64,000 nt of DNA, from positions 92,124 through 156,123 of the forward strand of contig CAWCHW010000034.1 of assembly GCA_963795365.1 (NCBI GenBank), read 5' to 3'. Source of the stretch: an uncultured Alphaproteobacteria bacterium. Its GTDB lineage: Bacteria > Pseudomonadota > Alphaproteobacteria > Rhizobiales > Xanthobacteraceae. This document shows, piece after piece, positions 10,056 to 20,604 of the stretch. The notes under the pieces were generated by a model. The model was given only the letters and a program-made list of their open reading frames with translations, made no database searches and was not told the origin of the DNA. A program made the position numbers and the translations under genes. Position 1 is the stretch's first letter. Each line of letters opens with the position of its first letter.

Positions 10056-10161
10056 TCGGCAAGCCGCCTCGAAGGCGTAGCGGCGGCTTGACATGGCCGC
10101 CGAGGTCGGTGACTTACGCCCCGATCTTCCAATAGATTTCAGCAATTCTCGGGGAGCGCCG

Positions 10162-11112
10162 ATGACGGCAGCATTCACGTTTCCGGGCCAGGGATCGCAG
10201 GCCGTGGGCATGGGCAAGGCCTTGGCCGACGCCTTTCCCGCTGCGCGCGCGGTGTTCGACGAGGTCGATGCGGCGCTCGGCGAGAAGCTGACCGCGACCA
10301 TCTGGGAAGGGCCGGCAGAGAAGCTGCAGCTCACCGAAAACGCGCAGCCGGCGCTGATGGCGGTCTCGATCGCCACCTTGCGCGTGCTGGAGAGCGAGGC
10401 GGGCTTTTCCGTCGCCCGCGACGCGGCTTTCGTCGCCGGTCATTCGCTGGGCGAATATTCGGCGCTGGCGGCAGCCGGCAGCCTGTCGATCCCGGATGCG
10501 GCGCGGCTGTTGCGCACGCGCGGCCTCGCCATGCAGAAGGCCGTGCCGGTCGGCGTCGGCGCGATGGCCGCGCTGCTCGGTATGGATTACGAAGCCGCCG
10601 TTGCGGTGGCGAGCGAAGCCGCGCAGGGGCAGGTCTGTCAGGCCGCCAATGACAATGGCGGCGGGCAGGTGGTCGTCTCCGGCGACAAGGCTGCGGTCGA
10701 CCGCGCGGTCGAGATCGCCAAGACCAGAGGTGCCAAGCGCGCGATGCTGTTGCCGGTCTCCGCGCCGTTCCACTGCAAGCTGATGCAGCCGGCTGCAGAT
10801 GCGATGGCGCAGGCGCTCGCCGGCGTCACCATCGAAAAGCCCGCATCGCCGCTGGTGTCGAACGTGCTCGCTTCTGCCATCAGCGATCCCGACGAGATTC
10901 GTCGCCGCCTGATCGAACAGGTGACCGGCACCGTGCGCTGGCGCGAGTCGGTCGCATTCATGGCGGGCAAGGGCGTGACGAGGTTCTTCGAGATCGGCGC
11001 CGGCAAGGTGCTGAGCGGGCTGGTCAAGCGCATCGCGGACGGCGCAATCGGCGTACCCGTCGGCGGGCCGAACGATATTGCTACCGCGAAGGACGCGTTG
11101 GCGTCGGCTTAA
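10162..11112 (+). CDS. fabD: Malonyl-CoA:ACP transacylase
   Basis: FPGQGSQ, AGHSLGEY, VSAPFH. Confidence 0.97.
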   Translation: MTAAFTFPGQGSQAVGMGKALADAFPAARAVFDEVDAALGEKLTATIWEGPAEKLQLTENAQPALMAVSIATLRVLESEAGFSVARDAAFVAGHSLGEYSALAAAGSLSIPDAARLLRTRGLAMQKAVPVGVGAMAALLGMDYEAAVAVASEAAQGQVCQAANDNGGGQVVVSGDKAAVDRAVEIAKTRGAKRAMLLPVSAPFHCKLMQPAADAMAQALAGVTIEKPASPLVSNVLASAISDPDEIRRRLIEQVTGTVRWRESVAFMAGKGVTRFFEIGAGKVLSGLVKRIADGAIGVPVGGPNDIATAKDALASA

Positions 11113-11133
11113 GCCGGTCGAGAGGAGATTCCG

Positions 11134-11871
11134 ATGTTCGATTTGACTGGCAGGACGGCGCTCGTGACCGGAGCGACCGGCGGCATCGGCGGCGCGATCG
11201 CGCAAGCGTTGCATGCGCAGGGGGCGACGGTGGCGATATCGGGCACGCGGCGTGAGGTGCTGGACGCGCTCGCGGCCAAGATGGGCGAGCGGGTGCATGT
11301 GCTGCCCTGCAACCTCTCGGATTCCGCCGAAGTCGAGGCGCTGGTGCCATCGGCGGAGCAGGCCATGGGGCAGGTCGACATCCTCGTCGCCAATGCCGGC
11401 ATCACCCGTGACAATCTGTTCGTGCAGTTGACCGACGAGGCCTGGGACGAGGTGATCAATGTCAACCTGACCGCGACCTTCCGACTGGCCCGCGCTGCAA
11501 CCAAGCTGATGATGCGCAAGCGCTTCGGCCGGATCATCGCCATCACCTCGGTCGTCGGCGTGACCGGCAATCCGGGGCAAGGCAATTACACAGCCTCGAA
11601 GGCGGGATTGATCGGCATGATCAAGACGCTGGGCGCCGAATATGCCAAGCGGAACGTGACCGCCAACTGCATCGCGCCGGGTTTCATCAAGACGCCGATG
11701 ACGGACGCGTTGAACGACAAGCAGCGCGAAACCATCCTGTCCAAGGTTCCGGCAGCGCGATTGGGGACGCCTGAGGACATCGCAGCGGCAGCCGTGTTTC
11801 TGGCGTCCAATGAGGCCGCCTACATCACCGGGCAGACCATCCACATCAACGGCGGCATGGCCATGATCTGA
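11134..11871 (+). CDS. fabG: 3-oxoacyl-ACP reductase
   Basis: TGATGGIG, NAGITRD, YTASK, fab cluster context. Confidence 0.97.
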   Translation: MFDLTGRTALVTGATGGIGGAIAQALHAQGATVAISGTRREVLDALAAKMGERVHVLPCNLSDSAEVEALVPSAEQAMGQVDILVANAGITRDNLFVQLTDEAWDEVINVNLTATFRLARAATKLMMRKRFGRIIAITSVVGVTGNPGQGNYTASKAGLIGMIKTLGAEYAKRNVTANCIAPGFIKTPMTDALNDKQRETILSKVPAARLGTPEDIAAAAVFLASNEAAYITGQTIHINGGMAMI

Positions 11872-12213
11872 GCGGCTAACCCCCTCAAGATGCGGCGAAA
11901 CGCCGTTTTCCCCGGGGAAGCGGGGCTTATGGCCAAGGCTTTTGAATTGTGATACCGAACCCGGAAACGGATGGGTCAAGAACGCCATTGCAGGATTTGG
12001 AAACCCTGTATATTGGCGGGATGGAGCTTGCCGTCGTTCGCCGGTCGCTTCGGTCGGCGCCCTCTTTGAAGTTCCTGTGGCCACCTGCCACGACTTCGAT
12101 CATGGGACGCTGGCAGCGAAGCCAAATCAGGTTTATGCGCGGTTGCGAAGGAAGTTTATCGACCACGATGTCTACCCCGGGGTCGGGTCAAGGAAACAAC
12201 ACGAGGTTGAACG

Positions 12214-12453
12214 ATGAGTGAGATTGGCGAGCGGGTTAAGAAGATCGTGGTCGAACACCTTGGTGTCGAGCCCGAAAAAGTGGTCGACAACGCGAGCTTC
12301 ATCGACGACCTCGGCGCCGACAGCCTCGACACCGTCGAGCTCGTGATGGCATTTGAAGAAGAATTTGGTTGCGAGATTCCCGACGACGCCGCGGAGACGA
12401 TTTTGACCGTCGGCGACGCGACGAAATTTCTCGAAAAGAACGCAAAGAGCTGA
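12214..12453 (+). CDS. acpP: Acyl carrier protein
   Basis: [20 protein letters not shown]. Confidence 0.98.
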   Translation: MSEIGERVKKIVVEHLGVEPEKVVDNASFIDDLGADSLDTVELVMAFEEEFGCEIPDDAAETILTVGDATKFLEKNAKS

Positions 12454-12550
12454 CGCCCTACTGGAGCGGCGCTGAAACCGGGCGGACCGTGTCGAAGCGG
12501 TCTCCCGGTTCTGCATTGCGGGCCGCTTACCCCGGGCTGGAGTGGAGGAC

Positions 12551-13816
12551 ATGAGGCGAGTCGTCGTTACCGGCCTCGGCATGGTGTCGCCGCTCGGTTG
12601 TGGCGTCGAAACGACTTGGACGCGTATCCTCGAGGGCCGTAGCGGCGCCAGGAAGATCGACACCTTCGACGTCTCCGACCTGCCGAGCAAGATCGCCTGC
12701 GTGGTGCCGCGCGGCGACGGTTCCGACGGCAGCTTCAATCCCGATCAGTGGATGGAGCCGAAGGAGCAGCGCAAGGTCGACGACTTCATCATCTTTGCCA
12801 TGGCTGCCGCACGCCAGGCGCTCGACGATGCCGGCTGGCATCCGACGACCGAAGAGGATCGTTGTGCCACCGGCACGATGATCGGCTCCGGCATCGGCGG
12901 ACTCAATGGCATTGCCGAAACCGCAATTCTGCTGAAGGAACGCGGGCCACGCCGGGTCTCTCCGTTCTTCATCCCGGGCCGGCTGATCAACCTCGCCTCC
13001 GGCTATGTCTCGATCGAGCATGGCCTCAAAGGTCCGAACCATGCCGTGGTGACGGCCTGCTCGACCGGCGCTCATGCGATCGGCGACGCCAGCCGCCTGA
13101 TCGCGCTCGGCGACGCCGACGTCATGGTGGCCGGCGGAACGGAATCGCCGATCGGACGAATCGGCATGGCCGGTTTCTGCGCGGCGCGCGCGCTCTCGAC
13201 CGGCTTCAACGAGACTCCCGAGAGGGCGTCACGCCCCTACGACAAGGATCGCGACGGTTTTGTCATGGGCGAGGGGGCCGGCGTCCTCATCCTCGAAGAA
13301 TATGAACATGCGAGGGCGCGCGGCGCCAAGATGTATGCCGAAGTGATCGGTTATGGCCTGTCGGGCGACGCCTACCACATCACGTCGCCGCCGCCTGACG
13401 GCGATGGCGCCTTCCGCAGCATGAGCGCGGCGATCAAGCGCGCCGGCGTCAGCGCCTCCGACATCGATTATATCAATGCGCATGGCACCTCGACCCAGGT
13501 CGGCGACGAGATCGAACTCGCAGCGGTCGAGCGGCTGCTCGGCAATGTCGCCTCGAAGGTGTCGATGTCCTCCACCAAATCCTCGACCGGACATCTGTTG
13601 GGCGCGGCGGGCGCGATCGAGGCCATCTTCTCGATCCTGGCAATCCGCGACAACATCGCGCCGCCGACCATCAATCTGGAACATCCGTCCGTCGAAACCG
13701 CGATCGATCTCGTGCCGCTGACGCCGCGCAAGCGCGAGATCAATATCGCCCTGTCCAATTCCTTCGGCTTCGGCGGCACCAACGCGTCCGTCATCGTTCA
13801 ACGCGTTGTCAACTGA
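12551..13816 (+). CDS. fabF: Beta-ketoacyl-ACP synthase II
   Basis: MRRVVVTGLG, TACSTG, NAHGTST, GHLLGAAG, SNSFGFGG; GGAGG RBS. Confidence 0.97.
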   Translation: MRRVVVTGLGMVSPLGCGVETTWTRILEGRSGARKIDTFDVSDLPSKIACVVPRGDGSDGSFNPDQWMEPKEQRKVDDFIIFAMAAARQALDDAGWHPTTEEDRCATGTMIGSGIGGLNGIAETAILLKERGPRRVSPFFIPGRLINLASGYVSIEHGLKGPNHAVVTACSTGAHAIGDASRLIALGDADVMVAGGTESPIGRIGMAGFCAARALSTGFNETPERASRPYDKDRDGFVMGEGAGVLILEEYEHARARGAKMYAEVIGYGLSGDAYHITSPPPDGDGAFRSMSAAIKRAGVSASDIDYINAHGTSTQVGDEIELAAVERLLGNVASKVSMSSTKSSTGHLLGAAGAIEAIFSILAIRDNIAPPTINLEHPSVETAIDLVPLTPRKREINIALSNSFGFGGTNASVIVQRVVN

Positions 13817-13878
13817 CGTGATTCACGGCGAATCCACCTTTTCGCCGTAATCGATGCCGAATCGTAGCTTGGGCGCAA

Positions 13879-14025
13879 CTAGTGCCCACATTCCAAAGTT
13901 CGTGTACTACTACCGCACGCACTTTCACGAACTTCGGAAAGTCATGGGCACTGGCATATCTATGATTTGAGTGCCGCTTTCGATCTGAAGTCGGATCCAA
14001 AACCGCGTTAGAACTTAAATTGCTG
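13879..14025 (+). repeat. Degenerate copy of CTAG-bounded double-hairpin intergenic element
   Basis: ctagtgcccacattccaaagttcgtg...tcacgaacttcggaaagtcatgggcact...ccgctttcgatctgaagtc aligns with 62562-62729; 3' end decayed and boundary approximate. Confidence 0.85.
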
Positions 14026-14125
14026 GTGTTTCTTTGGCTCTCACATTCGCTAAATGAGCCTGCTGAGGAGTGGTGCGAATGTTAGAGCCGGGACAGCAGG
14101 AAATTTCAGGAATCTGGTTGGATCG

Positions 14126-15388
14126 ATGAGTGAACGCCCGCCCATCTCGCCACGCAGTCCGCGCGCCGCGCTGGAGCCCGAGCAGGTTCCGCCGCCGCCG
14201 AAGCGCTCGGAACGGGCGCGCAACCCGTTCGTGGTGATCGGCAACGCCATCATTACCATCCTGCTGATCGGAATGCTCGGTACCGGCACCGCCTACTATT
14301 ACGGCAAGAAGACCCTCGAGGCGCCGGGACCGCTGCAGCAGGACAAGACGGTGGTGATTCCCTCGCGCGCCGGCATGACCGACATCGCCGACGTCCTGCA
14401 GCGCGAAGGCGTGATCGACAGCAATCGCTGGGCCTTCATCGGCGCGGTATTCGCGCTGAAGGCGCGTTCGGAATTGAAGCCCGGCGAATATGCGTTCCAG
14501 AAGAAAGCTTCGCTGCGCGATGTGATCGGCACCATTGTCGAAGGCAAGGTGGTGCAGCACGCCGTCACGCTTCCGGAAGGGCTGACGTCGGAGCAGATCG
14601 TCTCGCGCCTGACCGACAACGAGATTTTCTCCGGCACGATCCGCGAGATTCCGCGTGAAGGCACGATGCTGCCGGAAACCTACAAATTCCCGCGCGGCAC
14701 CACGCGCGAGCAGGTGATCCAGCGCATGCAAAGCGCGCAGAAGCGTCTCGTCGCCGAGATCTGGGAGCATCGCAATCCCGACGTTCCCCTGAAATCGCCG
14801 GAGCAGCTGGTGACGCTGGCCTCCATCGTGGAAAAGGAGACCGGCAAGGCCGATGAACGCAGCCGCGTGGCCGCCGTCTTCGTCAACCGCCTGCAGAAGA
14901 AGATGAAGCTGCAGTCCGATCCGACCATCATTTATGGCCTCGTCGGCGGCAAGGGCACGCTCGGCCGCCCGATCAAGCGCAGCGAGATCAGCCAGCCGTC
15001 GCCCTACAACACCTATGTGATCGATGGTCTGCCGCCCGGGCCGATTGCAAATCCCGGCCGCGCCTCGCTGGAGGCCGCCGCCAATCCGGCGCGAACGCGC
15101 GACCTGTTCTTCGTTGCCGACGGCACTGGCGGGCACGCCTTCAGCGAATCGCTGGACGCGCACCAGAAGAACGTGGCCAAGCTGCGCGTGATCGAAAAGC
15201 AGACCCAGAACGACAGAGCTGAACTGCCTGACGATACGCCTGCCGCTGCGCCGGCTCCGGCAGAAGCGGCGCAGGCCGCGCCTGCTGCGGCACCGCCCAA
15301 GCCTGCGAAGCGGCCAGCCGCCCCACGCACGCCTCCGGCCGCGCGCCAGGGCGCGGCACAGGCGCCGCCGGCAACCGTCCAGCAGTAG
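14126..15388 (+). CDS. mltG: Endolytic transglycosylase MltG
   Basis: N-terminal TM, TLPEG, LASIVEKET, VFVNRL, LQSDPT, SPYNTY..GLPPGPIANPG. Confidence 0.95.
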   Translation: MSERPPISPRSPRAALEPEQVPPPPKRSERARNPFVVIGNAIITILLIGMLGTGTAYYYGKKTLEAPGPLQQDKTVVIPSRAGMTDIADVLQREGVIDSNRWAFIGAVFALKARSELKPGEYAFQKKASLRDVIGTIVEGKVVQHAVTLPEGLTSEQIVSRLTDNEIFSGTIREIPREGTMLPETYKFPRGTTREQVIQRMQSAQKRLVAEIWEHRNPDVPLKSPEQLVTLASIVEKETGKADERSRVAAVFVNRLQKKMKLQSDPTIIYGLVGGKGTLGRPIKRSEISQPSPYNTYVIDGLPPGPIANPGRASLEAAANPARTRDLFFVADGTGGHAFSESLDAHQKNVAKLRVIEKQTQNDRAELPDDTPAAAPAPAEAAQAAPAAAPPKPAKRPAAPRTPPAARQGAAQAPPATVQQ

Positions 15389-15486
15389 CCTCGCGGACTC
15401 CACATTTCCTGAAAAGGTCTTATGGTCCGCCCGCGTTAGTGCTGCCGATCTGACACCCCTTTCGTTCTCCCGGAGACTTTCACGCC

Positions 15487-16374
15487 ATGGCGCTGTCGAG
15501 CATGACCGGCTTCGCTCGAAGCCACGGGGCAAGCGGTCCTTATGCGTTCGAATGGGAACTGAAGTCGGTCAATGCCAAGGGCTACGACCTGCGTGTGCGA
15601 CTGCCGCAGGGCTGGGACGAACTCGAGGCGCACGCGAAAAAGCGCGCAGGCGAGATGCTGGCGCGCGGCACGGTCTACGCCAACCTCAACATCAAGCGTG
15701 CCAATGCGGCGTCGAGCGTGCGCATCAATGAGGATGTGCTCTCCGCCATCGTGAAAGTCGCGCACGAGCTAACCGGCAAGATCGACGCGGTGGCGCCGAG
15801 CATCGACGGCCTGCTCGCCATCAAGGGCGTGATCGAGGTGGTCGAGCCCGACAGCAATGAGGATGAAGACAAGGCGGCGAAGGCCGCCGCGGCCAAGGCG
15901 TTCGACGAGGCGCTCGACGATCTCGTGGCGATGCGTCGCCGCGAGGGCACCTCGCTCGGCCAGATCCTGGCGCAGCGCCTCGATGAGATCGAGGGGCTCT
16001 CGAAAAAAGCCGAGACGGCGCCGGGCCGCAAGCCGGAAGCGGTGAGGGCGCGTCTCGCCGAACAGGTGGCCGCGCTGCTCGAGACGACGGATCGTTTCGA
16101 CCCCGACCGTCTCAGCCAGGAAGCGCTGCTGATCGCGGCGAAGGCCGACATCCGTGAAGAGCTCGACCGCATCGCCTCGCATCTATCGCAGGCGCGCGAA
16201 CTGATCGGAAAGGGCGGGCCGATCGGCCGCCGGCTCGATTTCCTGGCGCAGGAATTCCACCGCGAGGTCAACACCACCTGCTCGAAATCCAACGATCTCG
16301 AACTGACCAATACCGGGCTCGAGATGAAGAGCGTGGTCGAGCAATTTCGCGAACAGGTCCAGAATCTGGAGTGA
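15487..16374 (+). CDS. yicC: YicC/YloC family endoribonuclease
   Basis: SMTGF, ELKSVN, DIREELDR, GRRLDFLAQEFHREVNT, EQFREQVQNLE. Confidence 0.95.
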   Translation: MALSSMTGFARSHGASGPYAFEWELKSVNAKGYDLRVRLPQGWDELEAHAKKRAGEMLARGTVYANLNIKRANAASSVRINEDVLSAIVKVAHELTGKIDAVAPSIDGLLAIKGVIEVVEPDSNEDEDKAAKAAAAKAFDEALDDLVAMRRREGTSLGQILAQRLDEIEGLSKKAETAPGRKPEAVRARLAEQVAALLETTDRFDPDRLSQEALLIAAKADIREELDRIASHLSQARELIGKGGPIGRRLDFLAQEFHREVNTTCSKSNDLELTNTGLEMKSVVEQFREQVQNLE

Positions 16375-16377
16375 TCG

Positions 16378-17037
16378 ATGGCGGCCCACGGACACGGCTT
16401 TGACGGCGTCGAACGGCGCGGCTTGATGTTCGTGCTGTCGTCGCCTTCGGGCGCCGGCAAGACCACGCTGTCGCGAATGCTGATCGACCGGATGCCGGGC
16501 CTGAAGATGTCGGTCTCGGTGACGACGCGCGCGAAACGGCCCGGCGAGGTCGAGGGCCAGGATTACCTGTTCGTCGACAAGGCGCGCTTCGAGGAGATGG
16601 TGAAGCGCAATGAGCTCCTGGAATGGGCCACCGTCTTTGACAACCGCTACGGCACGCCACGCGTGCCGGTGGAAGAAGCACTGACGAGAGGCGAGGATGT
16701 GCTGTTCGACATCGACTGGCAGGGTACGCAACAGCTGCGTGAAAAGGCGCATGACGACGTGGTCAGCCTGTTCATCCTGCCACCGTCGGCGCTCGATCTC
16801 GAGAAGCGGCTGCACTCGCGTGCGCAGGATTCACACGACGTGATCCGCGGCCGGATGAGCCGCGCCAGCCATGAGATGAGCCACTGGGCGGAATACGACT
16901 ACATCGTCATCAACCACGAGGTCGATGCGGCGTTCGCCGAGGTGCAGTCGATCCTCAGGGCCGAGCGGCTGAAACGCAAGCGCCGCACCGGGCTGACGAC
17001 ATTCGTGCGCGACCTGCAGCGGCAATTGGAGAAGTAA
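16378..17037 (+). CDS. gmk: Guanylate kinase
   Basis: SSPSGAGKTT, SVTTR..RPGE, YGTP, DIDWQG. Confidence 0.97.
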   Translation: MAAHGHGFDGVERRGLMFVLSSPSGAGKTTLSRMLIDRMPGLKMSVSVTTRAKRPGEVEGQDYLFVDKARFEEMVKRNELLEWATVFDNRYGTPRVPVEEALTRGEDVLFDIDWQGTQQLREKAHDDVVSLFILPPSALDLEKRLHSRAQDSHDVIRGRMSRASHEMSHWAEYDYIVINHEVDAAFAEVQSILRAERLKRKRRTGLTTFVRDLQRQLEK

Positions 17038-17047
17038 CGCGCGCCTG

Positions 17048-18085
17048 TCAGTGCGGGCGCGGGTTTTCCAGCTCCTGCGGGCGCGAAGTCTGCAGTTCGT
17101 CCTGCAGCTGCCGGGTCAATCGCGCCAGAAAATCCTCGATCTTCTCGAAGCTGTCGTCGCTCTTGCCGAACTCGATTTTGTCGGCGGCGATGTCCGCCGC
17201 GTCCGCCACATCCAAATGCGACTCCGTATCCGCATGCGGCACGGTCGGGTTCAATTCCGGCGCGATCCAGGGGGCGCCGCGCGCTTCATCTGCGAGCGAC
17301 CGTGAAACCGATTGCCGTTGCGGCCAACGGTCCTCGCGCCGCCGGCGGCTGCGGGCGCCTGCGAGTCGATAGACCAGGCTGCCCGATAGCCCCGCCAGCG
17401 CCAACGCGCTTATCACCACCAGTGCAAGCTTCTGCAGCGAGCCGACCTCGCGCGCCGGCGGTGGGTTCGCCTGCACAGTTTCCGCGGGCGCAGGCGTGGT
17501 CGCCGCGGCTTGGTCCGCCTGAGCATCCGCGACCATGAGTGAAGCCTGCGGTGTGGCGTTCGCCGTCGAAGGCGCGCCCGATGCCTGCGGCCAGCGCGAC
17601 GTGAGTTGCGAATCCGCTGATGCCGTCGGTGCAGTCGCACCCGGACCGATGCCCGTCGTCGCCGCGGCCGGGGCCGGTGCGGCAGCGGTCGGCACCGGCG
17701 GATTGGGCCAGACCGGCTGCGGAGGGGCAGCGCTGCTGGTGGCCTCGTTAGGAGCCTTTGGAGCGAATTCGGCGTGGGCGTCGGCGAGCGATCGCGGCGG
17801 CGCATTGCCGGTCGTCGTCTGAGGCGCAGGCTTTGCTGCGGCGACAGGTTCAGCGGCCGGCGTGCGCGCAGACGCTTCATCCTCGCCGCGCAAGTACCAG
17901 CAATGCCGGCCGCTGCCGCGCTCGATGCGATAGTACCAGTGCTTGCCCTGCGGCAATTCGGCCTTGGGTTCGGTGACGCAATTGTCCGCGGCGCGCGCGG
18001 CGCTACCGGGACCTGCCATCAGCGTGAGGCTTGCGGCAACGCTCAACAGAAAGGCCGGGGCGAGCCTGGCTTGTAGATTGGACAT
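17048..18085 (-). CDS. Hypothetical single-pass membrane protein (signal peptide, small Cys-pair domain, Pro/Ala linker, TM, acidic tail)
   Basis: Signal peptide, C..PKAELPQGKHWYYRIERGSGRHCWYL, TM LALVVISALALAGLSGSLVY; GGAG upstream of start. Confidence 0.75.
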   Translation of the reverse strand: MSNLQARLAPAFLLSVAASLTLMAGPGSAARAADNCVTEPKAELPQGKHWYYRIERGSGRHCWYLRGEDEASARTPAAEPVAAAKPAPQTTTGNAPPRSLADAHAEFAPKAPNEATSSAAPPQPVWPNPPVPTAAAPAPAAATTGIGPGATAPTASADSQLTSRWPQASGAPSTANATPQASLMVADAQADQAAATTPAPAETVQANPPPAREVGSLQKLALVVISALALAGLSGSLVYRLAGARSRRRREDRWPQRQSVSRSLADEARGAPWIAPELNPTVPHADTESHLDVADAADIAADKIEFGKSDDSFEKIEDFLARLTRQLQDELQTSRPQELENPRPH

Positions 18086-18270
18086 ACGCATCTCCGGAGA
18101 CGCAACAGATTACGATCCGGACTGTCGAAAAAGACTTGGGTGGTAATAGGCCGCAAATCCGGAGAGGATTGGGCTTAATTCGGGCTCGGGTTCCGCCTTC
18201 GAAATGCCAATCTTTCACCACGCTGAAGGGCGCGGCTCGAATGCGCCGCCCCCATTAATCCCACGGGCGC

Positions 18271-19485
18271 TTACTCGCTGGCGAGCACGTCGCCGAACAG
18301 CTCGTAGCGTTCGCCGTTGAAGCGCACGAGACGCATCTGCTTGATCGGACGATGATCGGTCGGGCTGGTCGTCAGCTTGACGCCCGGCAGCAAGAGCGGA
18401 AGCTCCATGTTCATGTGCAAGGCCTTGTCCATCACGTTCTCGCGCGTGAGATTGTCGCCGCATTGCTTCAGCAGCTCGACCACCGCGTGGCCGATATTGT
18501 AGCCATAGGGCGCGTAGTAATCGCTCTTGTCGACGCGCGGATTGTACTTGTCCATCCACACGTTCCACGCCTTCATCTCGGGATCGTCGCGCCACTGCGG
18601 ATCGGCCGGGTCCTTCTGGTAGGCGGCCGAGATCACGCCTTTGGAGGCTTCGAATCCGGCCGGCTTGATCGCGCCTGCGATGGAGGAGCCGACGCTGTCG
18701 ACGAACTTCTGCGGATGCCAGTCGATGTCATAGGCCTTGCGGATCGCCTGCGCCGCGAATTTCGGCACCGAGAAGATCATCAGCACGTCGGCGCCGGATG
18801 CCTTCAGTGACACGATCTGCGAGTCGACCGTGGGATCGGTGGTGTTGTAGGTCTGCTCGGAGACGATCATGGCCGCGGCCTTGTCGCCGAGGCCGCGCTT
18901 GAAGCCGAGGATGTAGTCGCGGCCGAGATCGTCGTTCTGCGAGAGGATGCCGATCTTCGCATTCGGTTTCGACTGCAGGAGATATTTGGCGTAGATCTCG
19001 CCTTCGGATGCGTAATGCGGCGTCCAGCTCATCGTCCACGGAAACTTCTCGGGATCGTTGAACATGGTGGCGCCGGTGCCGATGAAGAGATGCGGCACCT
19101 TCATCTGGTTGACGTATTTGACGACCGCATTGTTGGTCGCCGTGCCCACGGGGTTGACGAGGAACAAAACTTCCTCGCTCTCGATCAGCTTTCTGATCTG
19201 CTCGACGGTTTTCGGCGGGCTGTAGGCATCGTCGAGCGCGATGTAATTGATCTTGCGCCCATTCACTCCGCCTTCATCGTTGATTTTCTGGAAACAGGCG
19301 GTGGCCGACACCGCGCCTGCCGAATACGCCGATGCCGGGCCGCTGAACGGCGTGGTGGTGCCGATCTTGATTTCCTTGTCGGTGACGCCGGGGCCGTATT
19401 TTTTTTGCGACAGCGCCGGCGTTGCGGCGAGACCGAGCGCAAGCAGCGCCAATGCGCCGCGCGCGCCGAAATTCCTCCAGACCAT
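18271..19485 (-). CDS. Branched-chain amino acid-type (LivJ/PBP6) ABC substrate-binding protein, orphan
   Basis: KKYGPGVTDKEIKIG, PFSGPASAY, GGVNGRKI, DDAYSPPKTVEQ; GGAGG RBS. Confidence 0.93.
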   Translation of the reverse strand: MVWRNFGARGALALLALGLAATPALSQKKYGPGVTDKEIKIGTTTPFSGPASAYSAGAVSATACFQKINDEGGVNGRKINYIALDDAYSPPKTVEQIRKLIESEEVLFLVNPVGTATNNAVVKYVNQMKVPHLFIGTGATMFNDPEKFPWTMSWTPHYASEGEIYAKYLLQSKPNAKIGILSQNDDLGRDYILGFKRGLGDKAAAMIVSEQTYNTTDPTVDSQIVSLKASGADVLMIFSVPKFAAQAIRKAYDIDWHPQKFVDSVGSSIAGAIKPAGFEASKGVISAAYQKDPADPQWRDDPEMKAWNVWMDKYNPRVDKSDYYAPYGYNIGHAVVELLKQCGDNLTRENVMDKALHMNMELPLLLPGVKLTTSPTDHRPIKQMRLVRFNGERYELFGDVLASE

Positions 19486-19531
19486 ATATCCTCCGTTGCA
19501 AACGGCGAGGCGGGCACCGCCGTTTATCTTG

Positions 19532-20590
19532 CTAGTTTTTTAGTACGATACGTCCTACGACTTTCCCGGCCCGCAATTCATCGATCCATTTTTGCACGTC
19601 GCCCATCGGCTCTTCGCGCATCGGCGTCGGCTTGATCTTGCCGGCCCGCGCCAACGCCATCAATTCATGGCCCTCGGCCAGCGTTCCCACCATGAAACCC
19701 TCGATGGTCATGCGCTTGTAAATCCATTGCACCATGGGCAGGCTGAAATTGCCGCCCATCAGGCCGGACACCACGATCTTGCCGCCGCGCGCAATCACCG
19801 AGACCGCAAACGCCATCGACTTCTCGTTGCCGGCGAAATCGACGATCTCATCAAAACCGCCCTCGGTCTCCCTGACAATTCGTTTAACGACATCGGTCTC
19901 GGCGGGATCGTAGGCGATCGCGGCGCCGTTTTTCAGCGCGGTTTCCCGTGCGGCGGGATTTAGGTCGGCGACCGAGATCTTTTGCTTGAACATCGCCTGC
20001 GCAAACGACAGGCCCATCATGCCGACGCCGCCGAGCCCGATCAGCAGCAGGTTGCGCTGCCGCGGGCGGTCGACCAGACGTTTCAGCGCGCCAAAAGCCG
20101 TCATGCCCGAGCACATCAACGTCGCCGCCACATTGACGGGGAGTGGATCGTAATCGAGCAGATATTTCGCGTCGGGCACCAGCACATGCGTCGCAAAGCC
20201 GCCGTCGATGGCGACGCCCACGAAGCGATTCTTCAGGCAAAGGTTCTCGTCGCCGTTGAGACATTCGCGGCACTGGCCGCAGCCGATCCAGGGGAAAACC
20301 GCTTTCTTCGTACCGACAGTGCTCTTGTCGGCATCCGGTCCGACCTCTTCGACGACGCCTGCGATCTCGTGCCCGAGCGTGAAGGGCAGCGCCATGCCGC
20401 GCGTGGTGTCGAGCCGCTTGCCGCCGCCGAGATCGGCGTAGCCGTCCTGGATGTGCAGGTCGGAATGGCACAGCCCGCAGCGCTCGATGCGGACCAGAAC
20501 CTCCTTGCCTTGCGGTTTGGGTGTGTCGACGATGGTCTCGCAGAGCGGAGCATCGAACTTGACCAGCGATTGCCTGCGCATCTGCGCCAT
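19532..20590 (-). CDS. Zinc-dependent alcohol dehydrogenase
   Basis: GLCHSDLH, GHEIAG, CGQCREC..C, GLGGVG. Confidence 0.93.
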   Translation of the reverse strand: MAQMRRQSLVKFDAPLCETIVDTPKPQGKEVLVRIERCGLCHSDLHIQDGYADLGGGKRLDTTRGMALPFTLGHEIAGVVEEVGPDADKSTVGTKKAVFPWIGCGQCRECLNGDENLCLKNRFVGVAIDGGFATHVLVPDAKYLLDYDPLPVNVAATLMCSGMTAFGALKRLVDRPRQRNLLLIGLGGVGMMGLSFAQAMFKQKISVADLNPAARETALKNGAAIAYDPAETDVVKRIVRETEGGFDEIVDFAGNEKSMAFAVSVIARGGKIVVSGLMGGNFSLPMVQWIYKRMTIEGFMVGTLAEGHELMALARAGKIKPTPMREEPMGDVQKWIDELRAGKVVGRIVLKN

Positions 20591-20604
20591 TGACGTTCTC
20601 CCTT

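Noticed and set aside
10114-12084. Long antisense ORFs (also 23868-25361, 38763-40631, 50127-51791, 59811-62543)
   Set aside because: Shadow frames opposite well-recognised genes, expected in high-GC DNA; no motifs
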